From NCBI GenBank assembly GCA_022508535.1, contig JAFLUZ010000007.1:6731-70730 (forward strand): DNA of 64,000 bases, written 5' to 3'. The translations under genes were made by a program, and so were the position numbers. Below the pieces are notes generated by a model. The model was not told where the DNA came from. It ran no database searches and saw only the letters and a list, made by a program, of their open reading frames with translations. This DNA is from Erysipelotrichales bacterium. Lineage in GTDB: Bacteria; Bacillota_I; Bacilli_A; RFN20; CAG-826. Shown here in pieces: positions 16,376 through 27,402 of this stretch; position 1 is the stretch's first letter, and every line of letters begins with the position of its first letter.

Positions 16376-19123
16376 ATGGAAGTTAAAAAGTCATTATTAA
16401 TGCCAAAGACAGATTTTGAAATGAGAGGCAACTTACCAATTAAGGAGCCTAAATTTTTAAAGTACTGGGAAGAAATTGATTTATACAATTTAATGCTTAA
16501 AAACAATGAAGGAAAAGAAGAATATATGCTTCATGATGGCCCACCATACGCAAATGGTGATATGCATTGTGGTCATATGCTTAATAAACTTTTAAAAGAC
16601 TTTATTGTGCGTTTAAAAACAATGGAAGGATATTACACTCCATTTATTCCTGGTTGGGATACACATGGTCTTCCAATTGAAAATGTCATTACTAAAAAAG
16701 GTATTAACCGCAAGACTACTCCACTTCCAGAATTTAGAAAGAAGTGCGAAGAGTATGCACATGAACAAGTTCACCGTCAAATGGAACAAATTAAACGTCT
16801 TGGTGTAACTGGTGATTTTGAAAATCGTTACATGACATTGACACATGATTATGAAGCAATGCAACTTGAAGTATTTAAAGATATGGCTCTTAAAGGCTTA
16901 ATTTTTAAAGGACTTAAACCAGTTTACTGGTCACCAAGTAGTGAATCTGCTCTTGCCGAAGCAGAAATTGAATATGCTGATGTCAAGTCTCATGCAATAT
17001 TTGTTGCATTCAAAGTCAACGATGGAAAAGGACTACTTGATAATGACACAAGTTTCATTATTTGGACGACAACCCCTTGGACTATGCCTGCAAACCTCGC
17101 AATATGCTTAAACCCAGATTATACGTATGGTGTATTTAATACAAACAAAGGCAAATTTGTTTTCTTAAAAGAATTCAAAGATTCTTTAAAAGAAGAATTA
17201 GGATTTGAAACATGTGAACTTGAAAAAGAATTCTTAGGAAAAGATTTAGAATATATAACTTGTAAGCACCCACTTTATGAACGTGATTCAGTAATTATTT
17301 TAGGAGATCACGTCACTAATGATGCTGGTACAGGTTGTGTTCATACTGCACCAGGACATGGTGAAGATGACTTTATTGTCGGAAAAAAATATGGCTTACA
17401 ACCACTTTGTCCAGTTGATTCTAAAGGGTATATGATGAAAGAAGCTGGAGAAGAATTAGTAGGTCTATTCTATGAAGAAGCAAACGAAAAAGTCTTAGAG
17501 ATGCTAACTAATGTTGGAGCATTAATTAAAGATTCTCCAATCGTTCATAGCTATCCTCATGACTGGAGAACCAAAAAACCATTAATATTTAGAGCTACAC
17601 CACAATGGTTCTGTTCAATTGATCCAATAAGAGAAAAACTTTTAGAAGAAATTTCAAAAGTTAAATGGACTCCATCTTGGGGCGAAGTACGTATCTCTAA
17701 TATGATTAAAGATCGTGGAGACTGGTGTATTTCTCGTCAAAGAGCGTGGGGCGTACCATTACCAATCTTCTATGCGGAAGATGAAACTCCAATCATTGAA
17801 AAAGATGTGTTTGATCACGTTATTAAATTAGTAAGAGAATATGGCTCAAATGTTTGGTTCGAACGTGAAGCAAAAGATTTACTTCCTGATGGATACACAA
17901 ACCCACATAGCCCAAATGGAAAATTCACTAAAGAAACGGACATTATGGATGTCTGGTTTGATTCAGGATCTAGTTCGGTCTCAGTCTTAAAACAAAGAGG
18001 ATTAAAATTCCCTGCTGATGTATATTTAGAGGGTTCAGACCAATATCGTGGTTGGTTTAACTCAAGTTTAATTATTTCAACTGCTGTTAATGGTGTTTCT
18101 CCTTATAAACACGTTGTAACACACGGATTTATTCAAGACGCTAATGGCGATAAAATGTCTAAATCAAAAGGTAATGGTGTTGATCCATTAAAATTAATGA
18201 ACGTTTATGGTGCTGATGTTTTACGTCTTTGGGTTGCAAACGTTGACTATCAAAGTGATGTAAGAATTGGAGAACCAATCATTAAGCAAGTCTCAGAATC
18301 ATATCGTAAGATTCGTAATACTTTCAAATTCTTATTAGGTAATTTATCAAATGGCGAAGAATCAAAATTTGACGTTACTAAAGATCGTCAAAATACATTT
18401 GAAACAGTTGATTTATTTATCTTAGCAAGACTTGAATATGTTAAAAACGCTGTTGTTAAAGCAATGGACGAATTTGATTTTGCAGCAGCTATTATGGCAA
18501 TCACTAACTTCATGTCTAGTGACCTATCAAGTTTCTATTTAGATTTAACTAAAGATATCTTGTACTGCGAATCAAAAGATTCTACACGTCGTTTACAAGT
18601 TCAAACAGTAATTTTTGATTGTGTGACAACTTTGAACAAACTATTAGCACCTATCCTTCCATTTACAATGGAAGAAGTATATCAAAATACTCCAATGGAA
18701 CATAAAAAATCCATTCAATTAGAGTCATATCCAACAATTACACATGAATATGATGAAAAATATTTAAACGAATATGCTTTAATTTATAAATTAAGAAGTG
18801 ATGTCTTAAAGGCTCTTGAAGAAGCTAGAACAAATGGATTAATTGGTTCTGCTCAAGAAGCACATGTTAAACTTCATATTACAAATGAATATGTCAAGAA
18901 TGCTTTCTTAAAATTCTCAGACGTTGAAAAAGAAAGATTGTTTATTGTTTCAAAAGTTGAATTAACTGATGAAAAATTATCTAAAGTAATGGAAACTTCT
19001 GAAGTTGAAGTAACTAAACACGCTGGTCATAAATGTGAGCGTTGTTGGAATTATGTCGATGAAATAGAAGAAGTTGAAGGTGTACATCTTTGCCATCGTT
19101 GCCATGAGGCACTTGGAGAATAA
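16376..19123 (+). CDS. ileS: isoleucyl-tRNA synthetase
   Basis: HIGH-type (HCGHML) and KMSKS motifs; C-terminal Zn cluster CERCW...CHRCH. Confidence 0.98.
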   Translation: MEVKKSLLMPKTDFEMRGNLPIKEPKFLKYWEEIDLYNLMLKNNEGKEEYMLHDGPPYANGDMHCGHMLNKLLKDFIVRLKTMEGYYTPFIPGWDTHGLPIENVITKKGINRKTTPLPEFRKKCEEYAHEQVHRQMEQIKRLGVTGDFENRYMTLTHDYEAMQLEVFKDMALKGLIFKGLKPVYWSPSSESALAEAEIEYADVKSHAIFVAFKVNDGKGLLDNDTSFIIWTTTPWTMPANLAICLNPDYTYGVFNTNKGKFVFLKEFKDSLKEELGFETCELEKEFLGKDLEYITCKHPLYERDSVIILGDHVTNDAGTGCVHTAPGHGEDDFIVGKKYGLQPLCPVDSKGYMMKEAGEELVGLFYEEANEKVLEMLTNVGALIKDSPIVHSYPHDWRTKKPLIFRATPQWFCSIDPIREKLLEEISKVKWTPSWGEVRISNMIKDRGDWCISRQRAWGVPLPIFYAEDETPIIEKDVFDHVIKLVREYGSNVWFEREAKDLLPDGYTNPHSPNGKFTKETDIMDVWFDSGSSSVSVLKQRGLKFPADVYLEGSDQYRGWFNSSLIISTAVNGVSPYKHVVTHGFIQDANGDKMSKSKGNGVDPLKLMNVYGADVLRLWVANVDYQSDVRIGEPIIKQVSESYRKIRNTFKFLLGNLSNGEESKFDVTKDRQNTFETVDLFILARLEYVKNAVVKAMDEFDFAAAIMAITNFMSSDLSSFYLDLTKDILYCESKDSTRRLQVQTVIFDCVTTLNKLLAPILPFTMEEVYQNTPMEHKKSIQLESYPTITHEYDEKYLNEYALIYKLRSDVLKALEEARTNGLIGSAQEAHVKLHITNEYVKNAFLKFSDVEKERLFIVSKVELTDEKLSKVMETSEVEVTKHAGHKCERCWNYVDEIEEVEGVHLCHRCHEALGE

Positions 19124-19125
19124 AA

Positions 19126-19677
19126 ATGAAAGATACATTAACAAAAATTAAAAATTGGCTTATTTGGTTTTTCAAATCTTTCATTTGGATTACACCACTT
19201 GCAATTATTGTTGATCAAGTGACAAAATTAGTGTTTGATGCAGTATTAGGACCATATACTCAAACTGGAAAACAAATCAGTATCTTTTCGGAAAAGTTTA
19301 TTAATATTCGGGTTACATATAATTTGGGTGCTGCTTGGTCTATTCTTCGCGAACATCATTGGCTTTTAGCACTTATCTCTGTAGTAGCTTCAATCGCAAT
19401 TACTGTATATTTAGTTTTACAATATAAAAAACTTGGTTTATGGGAAAGAATATGTGGATTTCTTATCTTAGGTGGATGTATGGGAAATATGATTGACCGC
19501 GTATTTTATCCAAAAGGTGTAATTGATTTTATCAGTACAGGATTCATGGATTTCCCAACGTTTAATATCGCAGATTCTTGCCTTTGTGTCGGTATTTTTG
19601 CACTATTTATTAAATTTATAATTGATGAGTTTAAAGGAAAAAATAAAAATGAAGAAAAGCCTCAAGATAGTAAATAG
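19126..19677 (+). CDS. lspA: lipoprotein signal peptidase II
   Basis: YNLGAAWS and FNIAD motifs; 4 TM segments; ileS-lspA-rluD order. Confidence 0.92.
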   Translation: MKDTLTKIKNWLIWFFKSFIWITPLAIIVDQVTKLVFDAVLGPYTQTGKQISIFSEKFINIRVTYNLGAAWSILREHHWLLALISVVASIAITVYLVLQYKKLGLWERICGFLILGGCMGNMIDRVFYPKGVIDFISTGFMDFPTFNIADSCLCVGIFALFIKFIIDEFKGKNKNEEKPQDSK

Positions 19678-20557
19678 TGAGTTAATTGGTCTTAGACTAG
19701 ATAAAGTAATCGTTAATGAGTTAAAAGAGTATTCTCGTGAATTCATAATGCGACTTATTGATGAAGAAAAAGTATTGGTTAATGGTAAACTTACAAAAGC
19801 ATCATATCGCGTTAAAGAAAGTGATGAGATTGAACTTACAATTGATGAACCAAAAGACTTAAGTAACGAACCTCAAGATATTCCACTTGATATAATTTAT
19901 GAAGATGAAGATATTATCGTTATAAATAAACCACGTGATTTCGTTGTTCATCCAAGTAACGGACACGAAGATGGAACATTAGTGAATGCTCTTTTACATC
20001 ATTGCAAGGATTTATCTGGCATTAACGGTGTTAAAAGACCAGGCATTGTTCATCGAATTGATAAAGATACAACAGGACTATTAGTCGTTGCAAAAAACGA
20101 TGATGCACACGAATTTTTAGCTAGTCAACTATCCGATCACACCTTGCACCGCGAATACATCGCACTAGTAAAAGGCGTAATTAAAGAAAATGATGGTAAG
20201 ATTATTGCACCAATTGGAAGAGATAAGTACAACCGTCAAAAAATGGCAGTGGATACTAAAAACGGAAAAGAAGCAGTGACAAACTTCCATGTCTTAAAAA
20301 GATTTAATCAATATACACTTGTCTCATGTTTACTTGAAACAGGTCGCACTCATCAAATAAGAGTCCATATGAATTATATTGGTTATCCAATAGAAGGAGA
20401 TCCAGTATATGGACCAAGAAGTCATCTTTTGTTTGATAAGGGACAATTGTTGCACGCTCATAAATTGATTCTTATTCATCCTAAAACCAAAAAGAAAATG
20501 GAGTTTGAAGCTCCACTTCCCGATGATTTTAAGGATGTAATTAATAGTTTAGAATAA
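19649..20557 (+). CDS. rluD: 23S rRNA pseudouridine synthase, RluD family
   Basis: S4 domain followed by the HRIDKDTTGLL catalytic motif. Start is uncertain (in-frame ATGs at 19622, 19625 and 19649). Confidence 0.88.
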   Translation: MKKSLKIVNSELIGLRLDKVIVNELKEYSREFIMRLIDEEKVLVNGKLTKASYRVKESDEIELTIDEPKDLSNEPQDIPLDIIYEDEDIIVINKPRDFVVHPSNGHEDGTLVNALLHHCKDLSGINGVKRPGIVHRIDKDTTGLLVVAKNDDAHEFLASQLSDHTLHREYIALVKGVIKENDGKIIAPIGRDKYNRQKMAVDTKNGKEAVTNFHVLKRFNQYTLVSCLLETGRTHQIRVHMNYIGYPIEGDPVYGPRSHLLFDKGQLLHAHKLILIHPKTKKKMEFEAPLPDDFKDVINSLE

Positions 20558-20704
20558 ATGCTATAAAACACTATGTTTTATAGTTTTTTATTTGTTAAAA
20601 AACAAATTGAATAATGTAAATAATAAATTATTTATCTATATAGTAAACTTAGATTATTTTTGTGTTATAGTAAATATGAAGTATTAATATGATGGAGAAA
20701 TTAT

Positions 20705-21226
20705 ATGAAAATAGTTTGCAAAACTATAAATGAATTTATTGAGAATTCAAAAAAATATGGCCTATATGATGATATTGATTTTGATGATAAAAAGAAATAT
20801 ATGGAACTTATAAAATATTGTAAGGAAAATGCCCACAAAAATTCAGATCTTTTTGTGATTCTTGGAAAATTATATTTCAATAAAAATTTTTTTGTAAATT
20901 ATAAAAAAGCGACTGAATGGTATATGAAAGCCGCAGAATATGATAATGTCACAGCACAAATTTACTTAGGCATTTGCTACGAAAATGGACTTGGTGTAAC
21001 AAAAGATTATAAAAGAGCAAGTGAGTGGTATTTGAAAGCGGCTGAAAAGGGTGATGCCACTGCGCAATTTTACTTAGGAGAATGCTATCACTATGGATAT
21101 GGAGTAAACAAGGATAAAAAACAGGCAATTGAATGGTATACGAAAGCTGCTGAACAAGGTGATTTTGATGCACTCGCAAAACTACATTACTATAAACATT
21201 TTAAACGCAGTGAAGACAATAATTAA
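20705..21226 (+). CDS. Sel1-like (SLR/TPR) repeat protein
   Basis: Three tandem repeats of A-EWY-KAAE-G---AQ--LG-CY--G-GV-KD. Confidence 0.75.
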   Translation: MKIVCKTINEFIENSKKYGLYDDIDFDDKKKYMELIKYCKENAHKNSDLFVILGKLYFNKNFFVNYKKATEWYMKAAEYDNVTAQIYLGICYENGLGVTKDYKRASEWYLKAAEKGDATAQFYLGECYHYGYGVNKDKKQAIEWYTKAAEQGDFDALAKLHYYKHFKRSEDNN

Positions 21227-21273
21227 AAAAAGGACAAAATAGTGCAGAAGCACTCATAATTATAAATAATTTT

Positions 21274-22191
21274 TTATAAATCTAGTTTCAAATCAATCGC
21301 ATTAGAAAAGTTTTTAAAATGCGCTTTGACTAACTCTTTAACTTCACTAAATTCATGAGTTTTGAGAAATTCTACTAAGAAATCATCGACTTGTTCTCCT
21401 GCACCTAGTGGGAAAGTAGTGTTATATTTTGCATTTATCTCATCCATTCTAATCAAAAAGATGTATCGTGCAATAATAGATGCTGCCGCAATTGAAGGGT
21501 AATAAGATTCACCTTTAGTTTTAAAATGTAAATTTGGCACAACTACAGCATCACTTAAATATTTAAGATAAGTTGTAGGAACTAAAAACTGGTCAACATA
21601 TATAGGTAAAAATTTATTAACTTTATTTAAAACATTCAAATGTGCTTGGTTATGCATTTTAGCTTCTAATGCAAGTTTTTTATTTCCTTTTTCCATTTCT
21701 TCATTAAGCTTTTTATTAGACATTGTAAGAGAAGAATAAGTTAGTTTTTTCATGAGTTTAGGTGCGATTTCTCTTATCTTTTCATCCGATAATTTTTTGG
21801 AATCTTTGACACCTAATTCTACTAGATATTCAATGTCTTTACTACTTGTATAAACTGCTACTACAACAGTAGGACCAAAAAGATCACCAACTCCAACTTC
21901 GTCAGAGCCAATTTGATCTAATAAATCTAGCCATTCGGTTTTTTCTTTAGTGGTTGATTCATTAAGTACGGCATTCTCATCAAAAATTAATGCTTCATTA
22001 ATAGCGTTTTCTCCACTAAAAATAGCCTTATATTCGCCTTTTTTATTTTGATATATCTTAATACTTACATTTTCATATTTTGCTTTAAAAATGACATAAT
22101 CTTCAACAATGTCTAAACTAAAATCTTCATAGAATTCTATAATTCTATTTTTAGTTTCTTCATCAATTTTTAATGTGACATTGTTAGCCAT
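21274..22191 (-). CDS. rnhC: ribonuclease HIII
   Basis: N-terminal TBP-like domain plus RNase HII/HIII core (GSDEVGVGDLFGP...). ATG 22191 has a GGTGA SD. Divergent from mutS2, as in Bacillus. Confidence 0.85.
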   Translation of the reverse strand: MANNVTLKIDEETKNRIIEFYEDFSLDIVEDYVIFKAKYENVSIKIYQNKKGEYKAIFSGENAINEALIFDENAVLNESTTKEKTEWLDLLDQIGSDEVGVGDLFGPTVVVAVYTSSKDIEYLVELGVKDSKKLSDEKIREIAPKLMKKLTYSSLTMSNKKLNEEMEKGNKKLALEAKMHNQAHLNVLNKVNKFLPIYVDQFLVPTTYLKYLSDAVVVPNLHFKTKGESYYPSIAAASIIARYIFLIRMDEINAKYNTTFPLGAGEQVDDFLVEFLKTHEFSEVKELVKAHFKNFSNAIDLKLDL

Positions 22192-22317
22192 ATCTTTCAC
22201 CAATATTAGTTTAGCACAAATTATATGCATCTTTAATTAAAACTAAGAAAATTATGGAAATAATAATCAATCTAGAATATAAAGTTATAATTTGCTAAAA
22301 TTATAAAGGTGAGTAAA

Positions 22318-24630
22318 ATGCAAAGTGTTTATGAGTCATTAGAGTTTTCTAAAGTACTAGAAAAAGTAAATGAATATACTCGTACTGATATTGGTAAAAA
22401 TTTAGTTTCCAATATTAAACTTTTTAATGACCAAAATGTTTTGCAACTTGAATTAGATAAATTAAATGAAATGATGTCATTAATTTTAAGATTTAATGAA
22501 TTACCAATTGATAATTCGTCAAATCTTTTGGACATTCTTAATTATGCAAGTAAAGTTGGAATACTTACTATCCAAGATTTAGAAAAAGTTGCTTTTGATG
22601 TCATTATTGCAAATAAGGTAATAAATAAGTTTTCTAGTCTAGAAGAAGAATTTTTAAAATTAAAAAATGAAATAGAGCATTTAACTAATTTAAGTTCTAT
22701 TGAGCAAGAAATTCATAAGGTAATCTCGCCAAATTTGACAATTTATGATGATGCAACACCTACGTTAAAACGTATTAGAAGACAAATTGTAACTTTAGAA
22801 AGTGACGTATCGTTTAAAGTTAAAAATCTCGCTCGAAATTTCCAAGACTACTTATCTGATAACACTGTTACCATTCGAAATGGCCATTATGTAATTCCAG
22901 TTAAAACAACTTATAAATTTAAAATTGAAGGAATTATTCATGATACATCTGACTCTGGAAATACTGTATTTATTGAGCCATCCGCTATTGTAGAAATTAA
23001 TAATAAAATTGCTTCACTTAAGATTGAAGAGCAAGATGAAATATCAAAAATTTTAAGAAGATTAACGGAAATAGTTTTAGATAAAAAAGATGTAGTTATT
23101 AATAATAACGCGATTATTGGTTATTTAGACTTTTTAACTGCAAAAGCAAAATATGCGATAAATGAAGATGGAGTAGTAGCCTCAATTTCTGACGAAAGAA
23201 TTTTATCTTTAAAGAGTGCTCGTCATCCATTAATTTCAAAAGACGCAATTGTGCCTAATGATTTTTTTCTGGATACTCAAAAACATATAATCATTATTTC
23301 TGGGCCTAATGCTGGTGGTAAATCTGTTGCTTTAAAAACAGTAGGATTATTAACGATAATGCATCAATCCGGTCTTCCAATTTTAGCATTACCTTCTGCA
23401 ACTTTACCATTTTTTAAACGTATTCAAATAGATATCGGCGATCAACAATCTTTAAATGATTCTTTATCAACGTTCTCTGCTCACATGAGTAATATTATTG
23501 ATTGTACACGTAAAATGGGGGCAAAAGATTTAATCATTATTGATGAATTAGGTACGGGTACTGATCCGCAAGAAGGAGAGGCGCTTGCTAAATCACTTAT
23601 TGACTATATTCACTTTAAACACGCTTTTGGAATTATTTCTTCACACTTTATGGGTGTTAAAACTTACGCACTTGATAAAGATTATGTTAATAATGCATCA
23701 ATGATTTTTGATGAAGAAAATTTTGCTCCAACTTATAAAATGCGACTTGGAATACCTGGAAAATCATATGGTATGGAAGTTGCTTTACGTTTAGGTATGG
23801 ACAAAGCAATCATTGATAAAGCTCGCAAATACTTAAAAGAAGATAATGTGAATCTTTTTTCCTCATCTTTAAGTAAACTAGATGAAATTGTTCATAAATA
23901 TGAGACACTAGAAAAAGAAAATTTTGAGATTAAAAATCGACTTGAGAAAAAAGAAAAAGAATTAGATAAATTAAGTGAAGATTTAAGAAAAAGAAAAGAA
24001 AATTTAATGCGTGAAGTCAATGATGAAAAAAACCAGATTATTTCTGAGGCTCACGAGGAAATAGAAGAAATTTTACGTTCCTTAAATAAGGAAGATTTAA
24101 AAATGCACGAAGTTATTAACGCTCGTGCTAAATTAGATGAATTAGAAAGTGTTGAAGTTAAACACAAAAATAGTAATGAAGTATTTTATGTCAATGACTT
24201 CGTTTCACTTGATGACATGAATTTAGAAGGTTCAATCACTCGCATCGTCGGTGAAAAAATTACTGTTCAAACAAGTATTGGAAATATTGTAGTTACTAAA
24301 GATGATATAACAAAAATTTCAAAACCAAATAAAAAAGTAAAAAATGAAAAATTAACATATGTGGATCGCGCGATTGTGTCACGTAGTGTTCCTTTGGAGC
24401 TAAATATTATTGGAAAACATGTTGAAGAAGCAATGAATGATGTTAGTAAGTACCTAGATGACGTTGTAATTAAAGGCTATGAATCAGTGCGTATTATTCA
24501 TGGTTCAGGAACAGGTGCATTAAGAAAAGCAGTACACGAATATTTAAATAAACAAAAATTTGTTAAGTCCTATCGATTGGGCGGAATGGGCGAAGGTGGC
24601 GTTGGAGCAACCGTGGTGTATTTAAAATGA
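22318..24630 (+). CDS. mutS2: endonuclease MutS2 (MutS domain V plus C-terminal Smr)
   Basis: Walker A GPNAGGKS, DELGTGTDP, coiled-coil region, and an Smr domain with IIHGSGTGALRKAV. Confidence 0.93.
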   Translation: MQSVYESLEFSKVLEKVNEYTRTDIGKNLVSNIKLFNDQNVLQLELDKLNEMMSLILRFNELPIDNSSNLLDILNYASKVGILTIQDLEKVAFDVIIANKVINKFSSLEEEFLKLKNEIEHLTNLSSIEQEIHKVISPNLTIYDDATPTLKRIRRQIVTLESDVSFKVKNLARNFQDYLSDNTVTIRNGHYVIPVKTTYKFKIEGIIHDTSDSGNTVFIEPSAIVEINNKIASLKIEEQDEISKILRRLTEIVLDKKDVVINNNAIIGYLDFLTAKAKYAINEDGVVASISDERILSLKSARHPLISKDAIVPNDFFLDTQKHIIIISGPNAGGKSVALKTVGLLTIMHQSGLPILALPSATLPFFKRIQIDIGDQQSLNDSLSTFSAHMSNIIDCTRKMGAKDLIIIDELGTGTDPQEGEALAKSLIDYIHFKHAFGIISSHFMGVKTYALDKDYVNNASMIFDEENFAPTYKMRLGIPGKSYGMEVALRLGMDKAIIDKARKYLKEDNVNLFSSSLSKLDEIVHKYETLEKENFEIKNRLEKKEKELDKLSEDLRKRKENLMREVNDEKNQIISEAHEEIEEILRSLNKEDLKMHEVINARAKLDELESVEVKHKNSNEVFYVNDFVSLDDMNLEGSITRIVGEKITVQTSIGNIVVTKDDITKISKPNKKVKNEKLTYVDRAIVSRSVPLELNIIGKHVEEAMNDVSKYLDDVVIKGYESVRIIHGSGTGALRKAVHEYLNKQKFVKSYRLGGMGEGGVGATVVYLK

Positions 24631-26381
24631 ACGAAAGAATAAAACGAGAAATTGATTTATTACCACACCGTCCAGGTTGCTATTTAATGCATGATAAAGA
24701 TGGTAAGGTAATTTATGTTGGGAAGGCAAAAGACTTATTTAAACGAGTTTCTCAATACTTTTTACGTTCTCAATCAGGTAAAGTTTTTAAAATGGTGAGC
24801 CAAGTAGAATACTTTGAAACTATTATTACAAATACCGAAAAAGAATCACTTATTTTAGAATGCAATTTAATTCAAAAGTATTACCCACGCTTTAATGTTT
24901 TATTAAAAGATGGAAAGTCTTATCCGTATATTGCTTTAAAAAAGACTGATGATCCATTACTTAAAATTGCAAGAAATAAAAAAGATAAGAACTATGATTA
25001 TTTCGGCCCTTTTCCTAACTCTGGTGCCGCCTATGATATGCTTGATTTATTAAATAAACTTTTTCCAATAAGAAAGTGTCGTCATATCCCAAATTCTCCA
25101 TGTCTATATTATCATTTAGGTCAATGTCTTGGACCTTGCATTAATAAAGTTGAAACATCTGAATATCAAAAAGTAAAAAAGAAAATTACAAACTTTCTTT
25201 TAGGTCGTGATAAAGAAACGAGAAGAGATCTTGTCGAAAAAATGAAGAAAGCCTCAGATAATCTTGAATTTGAAAAGGCTAATGAATATAAAAATTTGAT
25301 TATTGCAATTGACCATTGTACACAAAAGCAAACTGTACAAATTAAAGATAATAAGCCTCTTGATGTTGTAGCGTATTCACTTCGCGATGGTTATTTAAGC
25401 ATTATTTTTATGATGTATCGTAATGGTAATTTATTAGGTAAAGAATTATACGTAGTAGAAGAGTTTAATGATTTAAATGATCAACTCGCTAATTTAATTG
25501 TACAATTTTATGATAAGCATGAAATACCAAAGAAACTTGTTTTATCATTAGCTTCATTAAAAGATTCCATCCAAAGCACTTTTGATTGTGAGGTAATTGT
25601 CCCAACAAGAGGATTATTATTTAATCTAGTTTCCGATGCTTCAGTCAATGCAAAAAATGGCTTAGATGAGCATTTCTTAACAGCAAGACTTGAAGATGAT
25701 AAAAATTCAATGTTAGAAGAATTAGGTAAAATTGCCCATATTCCAACTCCTTATTATATTGAACTTTTTGATAATTCTCATTTGCAAGGTAGTGAGCCAA
25801 TTGGGGCAATGGTGGCCTTTATAAACGGAGAAAAAGCCAAGAAACTCTATCGTAAATTTAATATTAATCACGAAGAAGCAAGAGACGATTATGCTTCAAT
25901 GCGAGAAGTCATATATCGTAGATATAAAAGACTTAAAGACGAGAATAAACAATTCCCTGATCTAATTATTGTCGATGGTGGATTAGGCCAAATTCACGCG
26001 GCAAAAGAAGCACTAGACGCTGCTGGTGTCACTATTAATTTATTAGGTTTATATAAAAATGATAAGCATCAAACTGATGGATTAATGGACGTAGAAGGGA
26101 CTAAATATCAAATTCAAAAGGATACACCATTATTTTATTTGTTAATGCGCATGCAAGATGAAGTTCATCGTTTTGCAATTACTTTCCATCGTTCTAAGCA
26201 TTTAAAAAATTACAAAGCATCTATATTGGATGATATTGAAAATCTAGGTATTAAAAGGAAAGAAGCGTTAATGAAATTGTATCCATCAGTTGCTGATTTA
26301 ATGGATGCAAGTATTGATGAATTATCGCAAATTGTTCCACTAAAAGTTGCAACTGATATTTATAATAAACTGCATGAATAG
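24627..26381 (+). CDS. uvrC: excinuclease ABC subunit C
   Basis: GIY-YIG N-terminus (GCYLMHDKDGKVIYVGKA), UVR domain and C-terminal HhH. Confidence 0.95.
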   Translation: MNERIKREIDLLPHRPGCYLMHDKDGKVIYVGKAKDLFKRVSQYFLRSQSGKVFKMVSQVEYFETIITNTEKESLILECNLIQKYYPRFNVLLKDGKSYPYIALKKTDDPLLKIARNKKDKNYDYFGPFPNSGAAYDMLDLLNKLFPIRKCRHIPNSPCLYYHLGQCLGPCINKVETSEYQKVKKKITNFLLGRDKETRRDLVEKMKKASDNLEFEKANEYKNLIIAIDHCTQKQTVQIKDNKPLDVVAYSLRDGYLSIIFMMYRNGNLLGKELYVVEEFNDLNDQLANLIVQFYDKHEIPKKLVLSLASLKDSIQSTFDCEVIVPTRGLLFNLVSDASVNAKNGLDEHFLTARLEDDKNSMLEELGKIAHIPTPYYIELFDNSHLQGSEPIGAMVAFINGEKAKKLYRKFNINHEEARDDYASMREVIYRRYKRLKDENKQFPDLIIVDGGLGQIHAAKEALDAAGVTINLLGLYKNDKHQTDGLMDVEGTKYQIQKDTPLFYLLMRMQDEVHRFAITFHRSKHLKNYKASILDDIENLGIKRKEALMKLYPSVADLMDASIDELSQIVPLKVATDIYNKLHE

Positions 26382-26450
26382 CCTATTATTTAACTATTTA
26401 TAAGCAAATTTTAAAATGATGCATAAAATAAAATGACATAAGGAGAATTT

Positions 26451-26654
26451 ATGCCATCACTACTTACAAAACGTGAAAGAGAAGTCTTTACTCTGTTAGT
26501 CCAAAACTACTCGACACGTGATATTGCCCAAGAATTGTTTATCTCAGAAAAAACAGTTCGCAATCACATATCTAATGTTATGCAAAAATTAGGCGTTAAA
26601 GGACGTGCTCACGCAGTAGTGGAATTAATAAGAATGAATGAAATTTCTTTGTAG
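26451..26654 (+). CDS. gerE: LuxR-type HTH sporulation regulator GerE
   Basis: Near-collinear with Bacillus GerE (LLTKREREVFxLLVQ...ISEKTVRNHISNxMQKLGVKGRxxAVVELxRM). Confidence 0.88.
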   Translation: MPSLLTKREREVFTLLVQNYSTRDIAQELFISEKTVRNHISNVMQKLGVKGRAHAVVELIRMNEISL

Positions 26655-26678
26655 CCATCACCGATGGCTATTTTTTTT
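26652..26678 (+). terminator. intrinsic terminator after gerE
   Basis: TAGCCATC / GATGGCTA 8-bp stem followed by T8. Confidence 0.8.
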
Positions 26679-26724
26679 CATTTTTTAATGGTTAATTTAA
26701 TAAGTTATAAAGAGGAAGAAACAT

Positions 26725-27375
26725 ATGAAAGTAATGCTTTATGACACAGGAGTGGGTTTATTACCATTTTTAAAAAGTATCATTAAAAAAGAAAAATATA
26801 ACGAATATTATTTGTATATGGATGAAGATGTATTTCCAATTGGAAAAAAAGATGAGGTATTTATAATTAATCATTTAAAATTTATTTTAAATTACGCAAG
26901 TAAAAGATTTGATCAAATTGTAATCGCGTGCAATACTATCTCTTCATATCTTAAATGTATTGATACTGGTAAATATAACATTGAAATATTATCAATCTTT
27001 GAAGATAATATAAAGTTACTTGATAACAATACTACGTTTTTAGCAACAAAAGGAACATTAAGAAATGTTAAACACCAATATGTAATTGATGGTAGTATTT
27101 TACCTTCCTTAATTGAAAACAATCAAATCAAAGAAATTATAGAGTTTATAAATAATTTAGATTTTAAGACTGAAAAAATAATTTTAGGCTGTACACATTT
27201 TCCTTTGATTAAATTTATCTTTGAAGATTTTCATAAGAATAAAACATTTATTTCTGGCGAGGACGAGTTAGTAGAAAAAATCCCGAATTCAGGCTTTATC
27301 TCTATTGATGGAAATAAAAAAGCAAAGAAATATTTGGCAACTTACTTAAATTTCTGTAATAAAATTTTGTGCTAG
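26725..27375 (+). CDS. murI: glutamate racemase (short form)
   Basis: DTGVGLLP, ACNT and GCTHFP motifs containing both catalytic Cys. gerE-racE-gerM neighbourhood. Confidence 0.8.
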   Translation: MKVMLYDTGVGLLPFLKSIIKKEKYNEYYLYMDEDVFPIGKKDEVFIINHLKFILNYASKRFDQIVIACNTISSYLKCIDTGKYNIEILSIFEDNIKLLDNNTTFLATKGTLRNVKHQYVIDGSILPSLIENNQIKEIIEFINNLDFKTEKIILGCTHFPLIKFIFEDFHKNKTFISGEDELVEKIPNSGFISIDGNKKAKKYLATYLNFCNKILC

Positions 27376-27402
27376 TAATATATTTTATTGAGGTGTAAGG
27401 TT

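Noticed and set aside
26422-26430. CATAAAATA upstream of gerE resembling the sigma-K -10 element (CATA---TA).
   Set aside because: I could not find the matching AC -35 element at the right spacing (GC instead). The implied TSS would leave almost no 5' UTR before the SD. It is too weak to call without TSS data.
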